The notes below the pieces were generated by a model, which did not search any database, had not been told where the DNA came from, and saw only the letters and a list, made by a program, of their open reading frames with translations. Shown piece by piece: positions 24,329 to 32,000 of a stretch of 32,000 bases of DNA (position 1 is the stretch's first letter; the number at the start of each line of letters is the position of its first letter). Made by a program: the position numbers and the translations under genes. The stretch comes from Caldivirga maquilingensis IC-167 (GTDB lineage Archaea > Thermoproteota > Thermoprotei > Thermoproteales > Thermocladiaceae). The stretch covers positions 1,050,001-1,082,000 of the forward strand of contig NC_009954.1 in the NCBI RefSeq assembly GCF_000018305.1, written 5' to 3'.

Positions 24329-26386
24329 ATGAGTGTAAGTAACTTAATTACCAGCATAGTAATAAGTTTTGACGATGGTTCAACCTGCAATGTTGATTCA
24401 CCCTCAGCCTCCTTCAACCTCTGTGGTTTTGGTTCAGGTGAATTAAGGGTTACTAGTGATGAATCAGCATTACTAATAGGCTTAACCCTTAAGGCAAGTA
24501 AACAATTAAGCAAGTACCCAGTATCACTGGTGCTTAATCAACCTAAGCCAAGTAGGGTGCTTGCCTTAACCTTCCTAGGCCTAGCAGGCCCATTCATCGG
24601 TAAGGCCTTCGGTTACTATAACTACGTTGCCCAGGGTAAGCAGCCTAGGTCCGAGCCACCGCCTGATAAACCAGAGTACCCACCGGGGGTTAAGGCAAGT
24701 GGTTTAGTTGAGTCTGATCCATTGGACTGCTGGTCCTACCCAATGCTTGTTAATAATTATGGTGAACTACACCCATACACCGTAATGGTGCTTATTGATT
24801 CAGGTAATGGATCATACACAGCATTATTCACCTTCTCCAACAATCAATTAACCGCATGGCTTGATAAGGGCCTAGTGATAAGAACCTACACCAGTAAGCC
24901 CAGTGACGAGGTTAAGTTAAGTTACGTAGCCTCCATAGCCACAGGCAGTGACCCATACGATGCAGTGGCTAAGGCTGTTTCCTCAGCCTCCAGGGTTACT
25001 GTGTTTAAGACGAGGAGTCGTAAGGCTAAGCCCCTATTCATGAATGGGTTAGGGTGGTGTAGTTGGAATGCATTACTCAGTGATGATTTAAGCCATGATA
25101 ATGTGGTTAAGATAGTTAAGGGGCTTAGGGATAGGGGAGTACCCATTAGCTGGGTTATTATTGATGATGGTTGGCAGGACCTTTGGAATGGTGTAATTAA
25201 TAGCATTGAGCCAAGTAAGGTGAAGTTCCCAAGGGGCTTTAAAGCCGTGGTGGATGAGTTAAGGAACCTGGGTGTTAGTAATATTGGATTATGGTTCACC
25301 ATAAACCTATACTGGAACGGCGCCTCTGAAGCCTTCATTAAGGCTCTTAACGCTGAGGGCTTTAAGACAAGTAGAGGCTACGTACCTAAGCCTAACCTTG
25401 AGGACTCCTTCAAGCTCTATGATGCCTGGTTCAGGGTGCTTAAGAGTAATGGCTTCAGTTTCGTTAAGGTTGATAACCAGTGGTCAATACACCACTTATA
25501 CAGGGGGTTTGCAAATGATGCCGAGGCCGCTGCGGCCGTTGAATTAGGCCTTCAATTAGCAGCCACCACTAATGGTTTAGATGTATTAAACTGCATGAGC
25601 ATGCTCCCCGGTAACTACAGTAACTACGCCATTAGTAATGCCTTAAGGGTTTCAATAGACTACATCCCAATGTGGAGGACTGACGCTAAGCTTCACACAA
25701 TGTGGAGTGCCTACAATAGCCTACTCTACAGTAACTTCGGTTACCCCGACTACGACATGTGGATTAGCTACGACCCATCAGCAAGGCTAATAGCCGTCAG
25801 CCGCATATTCAGCGGTGGCCCAGTATACATTACTGACCGTGAACCTGAGAAAACCAATGTTGAGTTAATTAAATGGATTACACTCAGTAATGGCGAGGTC
25901 ATTAGGGTTGATGAACCAGCATTACCAACTAGGGATATCTTATTCAGAGACCCCTACAATGAGACTGTACTACTTAAACTAGCCTCAACAGTCAATGGTT
26001 ACCCAGCCATCGCCTTCATGAATGTTAATAAGAATGGTGTAAGGATTAGTGAGGAGTTTAAACTAGTTAATATGCCCATGAAGTTAAATGGCCAATACGC
26101 ATACTACAAGGTGATTAGTGGGGATTGGGGCATCGTTAAGCCTGATGATTCAATTAAGGTTGAGTTAAGTGAATTAGAGGCTGAGGTAGTAGTGCTGGCG
26201 CCATTAATCAACGGTAAGGCTGCATTAGGCATAGTGGAGAAGGCGCTGCCACCATACGCAATTAAGGCAACCCCAATTAACGGTGAATTAATGGTGGAGG
26301 CTAGGGAGGATGGAACAATGGCTTACGTGAAGGAGGGGAGGATGGAGAGAATTAGGGTGAAGGCAGGGGAGAGGGTAAGAATATGA
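24329..26386 (+). CDS. GH36 alpha-galactosidase / raffinose-synthase (Sip1)-like protein
   Basis: GLGWCSWNAL, WVIIDDGWQD, FVKVDNQ and LRVSIDY are the hallmark motifs of the raffinose synthase/Sip1 branch of GH36. The 685-aa size is comparable to archaeal GH36 alpha-galactosidases. Confidence 0.8.
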   Translation: MSVSNLITSIVISFDDGSTCNVDSPSASFNLCGFGSGELRVTSDESALLIGLTLKASKQLSKYPVSLVLNQPKPSRVLALTFLGLAGPFIGKAFGYYNYVAQGKQPRSEPPPDKPEYPPGVKASGLVESDPLDCWSYPMLVNNYGELHPYTVMVLIDSGNGSYTALFTFSNNQLTAWLDKGLVIRTYTSKPSDEVKLSYVASIATGSDPYDAVAKAVSSASRVTVFKTRSRKAKPLFMNGLGWCSWNALLSDDLSHDNVVKIVKGLRDRGVPISWVIIDDGWQDLWNGVINSIEPSKVKFPRGFKAVVDELRNLGVSNIGLWFTINLYWNGASEAFIKALNAEGFKTSRGYVPKPNLEDSFKLYDAWFRVLKSNGFSFVKVDNQWSIHHLYRGFANDAEAAAAVELGLQLAATTNGLDVLNCMSMLPGNYSNYAISNALRVSIDYIPMWRTDAKLHTMWSAYNSLLYSNFGYPDYDMWISYDPSARLIAVSRIFSGGPVYITDREPEKTNVELIKWITLSNGEVIRVDEPALPTRDILFRDPYNETVLLKLASTVNGYPAIAFMNVNKNGVRISEEFKLVNMPMKLNGQYAYYKVISGDWGIVKPDDSIKVELSELEAEVVVLAPLINGKAALGIVEKALPPYAIKATPINGELMVEAREDGTMAYVKEGRMERIRVKAGERVRI

Positions 26387-26392
26387 TGAAAA

Positions 26393-27103
26393 TCACTTGA
26401 TTCCTGTATAATTAATCACGCAGCATGATTCACAGGAACCTCTAGGTATTACAACCAACCACAGTGAGAGTGACCCATGAGGGTAAAGTGTTTGATTACC
26501 GGTTGACACTAATTGTTCAGGCTTATTAATAACTAAGTAGTACCAAGCATCCATCATTAATACCGTAACGTTACCAATACTCAATACATTCACCTGAGGC
26601 GACCTTACCGCTAACAATGGTACAATGTAATCATAAGTAATGGAGCCTATTAATTCACCACCCTTATAGGCACTTAACGTCACGAGGTAACTACCGTTAT
26701 AGTACGTGGTGTTGAAGACCCTTACGTTAATTGAATAATCACCCATGGTTACGTTACTGAGCCATATTAAGGCATTATTAATCGATAATTCAACTGGCGC
26801 ATAACAGTACGTTAAATTACCTATCACCAGTGAATCAGAGTTAACAACCCTAATGCTCAGTAAACTGTTAAGACTAATACCATGCAGGTATTCCTGAGGC
26901 GGAGATGAGTTCACTGCCTCTAGGAGCAGGGTCTTCGTTTCATTAATCCCCCAGGAAATTAACGACGTATACATTAATTGAGGATTATTAACCGGGTGTC
27001 TTATCGTTAATATAGTTATACTAATTGCATACACACCCACTAGGAGTAGGATAGTTAAGATAACTGGCATCATATAAAAGTTCACCGGTCCCCGCCTAGC
27101 CAT
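26393..27103 (-). CDS. Hypothetical surface glycoprotein-like protein
   Basis: 236-aa ORF with an N-terminal hydrophobic helix (MMPVILTILLLVGVYAISITIL) and nine N-x-S/T sequons counted by eye. A TTTAAAG box lies about 22 nt upstream on the minus strand. Confidence 0.55.
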   Translation of the reverse strand: MARRGPVNFYMMPVILTILLLVGVYAISITILTIRHPVNNPQLMYTSLISWGINETKTLLLEAVNSSPPQEYLHGISLNSLLSIRVVNSDSLVIGNLTYCYAPVELSINNALIWLSNVTMGDYSINVRVFNTTYYNGSYLVTLSAYKGGELIGSITYDYIVPLLAVRSPQVNVLSIGNVTVLMMDAWYYLVINKPEQLVSTGNQTLYPHGSLSLWLVVIPRGSCESCCVINYTGIK

Positions 27104-27159
27104 ATGTGAGAAACAGTGGAGGCTTTAAACCGTTAACCCCCTTAACCACGCATAATACA

Positions 27160-28260
27160 CATCAGTATTTCTAATCTTTTTGGGATTTTCGCTACTGATT
27201 ACAGTGTTCCCATTGGTATATAGCAGGCCAGGGAGGCCGTGAATGTGATCCTCGGGATGCCTTCAGAGAGGTACCAAGGATCCTACCACAAACCCCACAG
27301 GCAAGTGTCCTTAGACCTGATGTGGTGCTAACAAACCCACCATTCACCAAGTGGGGTAGCCTTGAGAGGGACTATGGGACTTGTGATGTCCACAATAGAG
27401 GGACTGAGCTATGGTAGGTACATAACGAGGGGACGCTAGCCTCCAGGTAATATTCATCTTCACTCATAGACAGCATCCTAAGGTACAGTGGGCTATTGAT
27501 CACTGTATTACCAACATCCACCTTCCACATAATATACGGCAGGGACTCAAGGAACTACTCAGGGAGAGGTATATGGTGAAAGCAATAATAGGGAATGGGT
27601 TAAGACCCTCATTCTCAGCGGACGGTGTCTTCAAGAAGGTCATTATGGTGGCCGTGAAGGAGCATGGCGAGGCACCCACGGCATCATTAGGGGTATTGAG
27701 ATGTAAGGCCTGAATTCTTCTTCATACTAAACAAACACTGGAAAATCATGGAAGAGCGGTGGGACTCGGTGAGGATAGGAAATGGGCACTAGGAACTAAC
27801 CATCAGCAGGAACTACCTGGTAAAGACCCTACACAAACCAAGCCTATACAGCCATAGAATAATTGCAGACGTAAACACATTCATGCCTTCAATACCCCTG
27901 TTGAAATTAATGAACTACCAGTTGTCTTACAGGAATATATCAAGTGGGGATTAAATCAAACACTGCAAAACCTGCCATGAATGCGCATGGAAAGTACTGG
28001 TATAGCCACGTTTACAGGCAGGTGATGATTAAGAGGCCGTTTGGAAGGGTCTTCATACTGGATAAGGTGGACCTGCTCTTCAGGAATAGAGTGTTTTCGC
28101 AAACTACATCAGTGAAGAGGTTGCTGCATCCAAGAACTTCTACATCATAAAGAACATAAACAACACCAGGCAAAACTCCTAATCAGCTGGTTCAACGGCA
28201 CAATATTCATCACAACCCTAGCACTACTGAGCAGGAGAATACCCTATGAGCTGGCGGTCA
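27160..28260 (+). pseudogene. Degraded N6-adenine DNA methyltransferase (Eco57I/TaqI-C-like architecture)
   Basis: Frame-hopping translation gives RPDVVLTNPPFTKWGSLE (NPPF at 27334-27345), then ...SGLLITVLPTSTF..., ...YMVKAIIGNGLRPSFSADGVFKKVIMVAVK..., ...EYIKWG... and ...NFYIIKNINN...LLISWFNGTIFITTLALLSRR. At least five stops or frameshifts interrupt these (the first stop is at 27415-27417). The AdoMet-binding motif I region is absent upstream. Confidence 0.75.
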
Positions 28261-28644
28261 CAGTGAATGGGTAAGTGGCGCCAGTACTTATTATTACCTG
28301 CCACTATACTGAAATACTGAACACCGGCAGTGAAGTTCCCAATGCTGGTGCACGTCCACGCTGTTCCATTTACAGAAACATTAGCACGGCACATATACTG
28401 TTGCATATTGGCTGTGCATGTGTAACCGCCAATGCTTATACCAGTCAGTGAGACCGCAGTACCGCTCGTACTGTTTAGGGCTAGGGTTACGGTCTGTATA
28501 TTTATGGTGTGGTCTTTGCTGCTGAGCCTGCTAGTCCGAAGGCTCATACGGCCACTGCGACGGCTAATGCTATGGTTACGGCTATTAGTATTATTGTGGT
28601 TACCACTTTGCTTATTCTCAATTTCTATTTATTCTGGCCTGCAT
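28224..28644 (-). pseudogene. Frameshifted archaeal class III signal peptide (type IV pilin-like) protein gene
   Basis: On the minus strand, ATG 28644 gives MQARINRN then a stop. A second frame from TTG 28621 gives LRISKVVTTIILIAVTIALAVAVAV then a stop at 28544. A third frame (28547-28224) gives a 107-aa beta-rich body with four sequons. TATATT lies 27 nt upstream of ATG 28644. Confidence 0.6.
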
Positions 28645-28665
28645 TGTGAGTAATTGAATGTTGTT

Positions 28666-28671
28666 AATATA
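28666..28671 (-). promoter_or_regulatory. TATA-like box for the pilin-like gene
   Basis: The minus strand reads GGTATATTAACAA. TATATT starts 27 nt upstream of the ATG at 28644. Confidence 0.4.
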
Positions 28672-29306
28672 CCTTCCTAATCGTGTTTCTATCTTCTTTT
28701 CAGCATTAATTTGCTCTTTCTACGGGTATATCACTGAGGGGCTTTTATTTTTATTAATGACTTTTTGCCCCCTTCTACTGCTTATTCACCGGCACTGAGT
28801 GTTTTCCTTCTTGGGTTCTGCAGTTGCTTTGTGAATGGTTTAACGCCGTGAGTCCCCTCACGTGCCTGATCCTCAGTATCTAACCTCTCCAGGGTTATCT
28901 ATACTATTAAACCTAATCGCCACGTTAGCCGGTCCTCCCAATGCCCAGCGCCTCCGAGGTTCGTGAGTATTAGCACCTTTATTAATGTGAACCCTGCCTT
29001 GTATTGTAGTGAATCCGTAGTTAATGTTTTCAGCATGGCCTTTATTTCTACTGTATCCATCTTTACTATTCATTAGCACTACTTTCTACGATATTTGTTA
29101 AATTCTCCACGTATACTCCATGGTGAGGGGTGCGTTTAATTTCCGTTAAATAACTCTGTTGTTCATGGTCATCATCTATGCGACCATCATAATGACTCAG
29201 AACTCGAGATCATGATCACGGTTTTTCCCTCAGCCTGCTCCTTATCAACTTCCCCCTGGGGTTGGGGTTTAATTTAATAATTAAATGTAATCTTCATGAG
29301 AAAAAA

Positions 29307-29316
29307 TTTATAAATA
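29307..29316 (+). promoter_or_regulatory. TATA-like box for the ABC ATPase gene
   Basis: TTTATAAATA lies 22-31 nt upstream of the ATG at 29338, in a very AT-rich 60-nt stretch. Confidence 0.5.
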
Positions 29317-29337
29317 GTTAATTTATAATATTTTATA

Positions 29338-30450
29338 ATGGTTAGGGTTTATCTGCATGATGTGACTAAGGTGTTTAGTAAGTCAGTGATAGCTTTGGAT
29401 CATGTGGAGCTTGAGGTTAAGTCGGGTGAGTTTATGGTGGTTATGGGTCCCTCTGGGCATGGTAAGACCACGCTCCTTAGGATTACGGCTGGGCTTGAGG
29501 AGCCCACTGATGGTGATGTTTGGATTGGTGATAAGCTAGTGGCCTCAGCTAGGAAGGGTGTGTTTATCCCGCCTAAGGATAGGAATGTGGGTATGGTGTT
29601 CCAGAACTGGGCCCTTTACCCACACATGAAGGTTTTCGATAACATAGCCTTCCCCCTGAGGATTAAGAATATGCCCAGGCAGGAGATTGAGAAGAAGGTT
29701 AAGGAGGTCGCAGAGGTGCTGGGTATTGCGGAGACCCTCGACAGGTACCCAAGGCAGTTATCGGGGGGTCAGCAGCAGAGGGTTGCCATTGCCAGGGCCT
29801 TAGTTAAGGAGCCCCAGGTCCTGCTCATGGATGAGCCCTTTAGTAACCTTGATGCCAGGGTTAGGGTTATGGCTAGGGCCTTCGTGAAGGATATACAGAG
29901 GAGGCTGGGCATAACAACGATACTAGTGACCCACGATCCAGCCGACGCGTTGACTCTCGCTGATAGGATTGCTGTGCTTAGGAGGGGTGTGGTGCAGCAG
30001 ATTGGGTTGCCCAGTGAGGTTTATGATAAGCCGTTCAACATCTTCGTTGCCAATTTCATTGGTGATATAAACCTGATTGAGGGTTTCATAGAGAGTAATG
30101 GCCCAGGGGTTTTGTTCAATGGCGGTGATGTGAAGATACCCCTAAGTGAAAAGTTGTTGGAGGCCCTGGATGAGCGTTCCAGTGTGGTTCTTGGTATTAG
30201 GCCCGAGGATATTGTGTTGAGTAGAGAGGAGTTACAGGTTGGTGATGGGTTGGTTAATGTGGGTAGAGGTGTTGTGGAGATTTCGGAGTTTGCAGGTGGT
30301 AAGTTCAATGTCATGGTTAGGATGAGTGGCATAGAGTTGAAGGTGGTTTCCTCGAGTAGTTTCGGTATTGGTGACCAGGTTAATGTGTACTTCAACATGA
30401 ATAAGATTAAGCTCTTTAATAAGTCAACCGAGACCCTAATCTACGGTTAA
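29338..30450 (+). CDS. Sugar ABC transporter ATP-binding protein (MalK/UgpC type)
   Basis: Walker A is GPSGHGKTT, the signature is [15 protein letters not shown], Walker B is [11 protein letters not shown], and the H-loop is VTHD. A C-terminal TOBE-like regulatory domain is present. 370 aa. Confidence 0.9.
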   Translation: MVRVYLHDVTKVFSKSVIALDHVELEVKSGEFMVVMGPSGHGKTTLLRITAGLEEPTDGDVWIGDKLVASARKGVFIPPKDRNVGMVFQNWALYPHMKVFDNIAFPLRIKNMPRQEIEKKVKEVAEVLGIAETLDRYPRQLSGGQQQRVAIARALVKEPQVLLMDEPFSNLDARVRVMARAFVKDIQRRLGITTILVTHDPADALTLADRIAVLRRGVVQQIGLPSEVYDKPFNIFVANFIGDINLIEGFIESNGPGVLFNGGDVKIPLSEKLLEALDERSSVVLGIRPEDIVLSREELQVGDGLVNVGRGVVEISEFAGGKFNVMVRMSGIELKVVSSSSFGIGDQVNVYFNMNKIKLFNKSTETLIYG

Positions 30451-30466
30451 TAATCCACAGATTAAA

Positions 30467-31206
<740 letters not shown>

Positions 31207-31604
31207 TTCTTAAATTTATGCTTGTGATTCCTTAAACTAATGATGTTAATACCCTCATCATTTGGGTGTTTACCATATTTCAAAATAGATAATCAATAAC
31301 GAGCCTAAACACCACATACATAGGTTCCTTCATGACCATAGCACTACCCACGGAGCCCAATCCACACTCCTGGTCTATGTAAATAGTGCATTAACCCCAG
31401 TGCCTCTCAATGGCAGCAATGTGATAATACTCGTTTTAGGCATGCCTCAATATACATACTCTACATGCTTAGACTCACGGTATCCAGCGGCTTCGTCACA
31501 CTAAACGTTATTATAACTCAACCCTCTACGCTTATAACTACGTGTTGATTTACAATATAACACTATCGCTCATGAAATTTTTGTTTCCCTATATGTGGAA
31601 AAAC

Positions 31605-31610
31605 TTAAAA
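31605..31610 (+). promoter_or_regulatory. TATA-like box for the solute-binding protein gene
   Basis: TTAAAA lies about 29 nt upstream of the ATG at 31634. Confidence 0.4.
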
Positions 31611-31633
31611 GGAAGAAGTAATAGACTCTATTT

Positions 31634-32000
31634 ATGACGAGGAATATTCATAAGTCTGGGATCTCTAGAACGGTGCTCATAGTCATAGTGGCCGTGGTTG
31701 TGGTTGTTGTGGTGGTGGGTGGTGTGGTTGCGTATTATGTAACAAGGCCAACGCCAACGCCAACGCCCAAGTCAATTCTATTCTATACCTGGTGGGCCAC
31801 CGAAGGTAGGGTGGCTGGTGAGCATACCTGGCCCCTGTTTTCGCAGTACTTCCATATTTCCGTTTCACCGTATGTTGTTCCCGGCGCTGGCGGTACTGCC
31901 GCTAAGTATGCTATTATAGCGTTGATAGAGGCTGGTAAGCCTCCAACCGCATTCCAGAGTCATGAGGGGCCTGAGATGGTTAGTTATATTGAGATTGCGC
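31634..32000 (+). CDS. ABC transporter sugar-binding protein (family 1 SBP), N-terminal part, runs off window
   Basis: This open frame has no stop before the window end, which is why it is absent from the ORF track. It reads MTRNIHKSGISRTVLIVIVAVVVVVVVVGGVVAYYV (anchor), RPTPTPTPK (linker encoded by the GCCAAC x3 repeat at 31747-31767), then ILFYTWWATEGR ... IEAGKPPTAFQSHEGPEM, typical of archaeal sugar SBPs. Confidence 0.75.
   Translation, partial: MTRNIHKSGISRTVLIVIVAVVVVVVVVGGVVAYYVTRPTPTPTPKSILFYTWWATEGRVAGEHTWPLFSQYFHISVSPYVVPGAGGTAAKYAIIALIEAGKPPTAFQSHEGPEMVSYIEIA

Noticed and set aside
24922-25338. 138-aa ORF antisense to the GH36 gene.
   Set aside because: This is a shadow ORF inside a strongly supported CDS. 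It has no recognisable motif and its composition mirrors the sense strand.
27944-28150. 68-aa plus-strand ORF (MGIKSNTAKPAMNAHGKYWYSHVY...).
   Set aside because: This is not an independent gene. It is one frame-fragment of the decayed methyltransferase target-recognition region, with adjacent frames continuing the same homology.
28544-28549. Possibility of programmed ribosomal frameshifting at the signal-peptide/body junction of the pilin-like gene.
   Set aside because: The junction (GCC GTA TGA GCC) has no slippery heptamer and I could see no downstream structure. A second frame break lies nearby and neighbouring genes are also decayed, so pseudogenisation or sequencing error is the simpler explanation.
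28432-28653. 73-aa plus-strand ORF rich in Leu and Arg.
   Set aside because: It is antisense to the pilin-like signal peptide and body. The minus-strand reading gives a coherent class III signal peptide and the plus-strand reading does not.
28873-29079. 68-aa minus-strand ORF (MLMNSKDGYSRNKGH...) in the gene-poor stretch between the pilin-like gene and the ABC ATPase.
   Set aside because: It has no recognisable motif, no TATA-like box at the right distance, and a stop immediately upstream in frame. It could be a fragment of another decayed gene, but I cannot support a call. A 6-bp-stem hairpin (28847-28862) just downstream is too weak to interpret.
31683-31868. 61-aa minus-strand ORF (…HHPPPQQPQPRPL).
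   Set aside because: It is antisense to the N-terminal anchor and PT-linker of the solute-binding protein gene, and its low-complexity translation is produced by the GCCAAC and GTGGTT repeats.

Overview
The window looks like a chromosomal segment of a Thermoproteales-type crenarchaeon. This is an inference from three things: an archaeal class I CCA-adding enzyme, isopentenyl phosphate kinase and UPF0179; TATA-like boxes 25-30 nt upstream of apparently leaderless starts; and a TTAA-rich sequence of roughly 42-45% GC by eye. I found no rRNA, tRNA or CRISPR array.

Positions 1-20.8 kb are densely packed and mostly housekeeping. They encode endonuclease IV, Cca, an NTP-transferase, IPK, a MiaB-like methylthiotransferase, ArgRS, a permease, a LutB-like Fe-S protein and a GH63-like hydrolase, plus several small zinc-ribbon or unknown proteins.

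Positions 21.0-24.3 kb form a small accessory islet. It holds a Mut7-C/PIN-like nuclease, an intact small serine recombinase with an extra C-terminal zinc ribbon, a 122-aa helical protein, an isochorismatase-fold protein whose nucleophile Cys is replaced by Gly, and a 207-aa coiled-coil protein. A perfect 8-bp inverted repeat and a related second motif lie in the spacer next to the recombinase.

Positions 24.3-32 kb are a carbohydrate module: a GH36/raffinose-synthase-like enzyme, a sequon-rich surface protein, a MalK-like ABC ATPase and the start of a solute-binding protein. This module is interrupted by a conspicuous stretch of gene decay:
- an N6-adenine DNA methyltransferase remnant that retains NPPF but has many stops and frameshifts;
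- a frameshifted archaeal class III signal peptide (pilin-like) gene;
- a 5'-truncated, frameshifted S-adenosylhomocysteine hydrolase remnant that has lost its NAD-binding loop.

This part also looks more GC-rich than the rest. I do not see a clearly defined new multi-gene system. The recombinase-centred islet and the decay zone are the best places to look. All functional calls come from motif recognition by eye and need HMM or BLAST confirmation.
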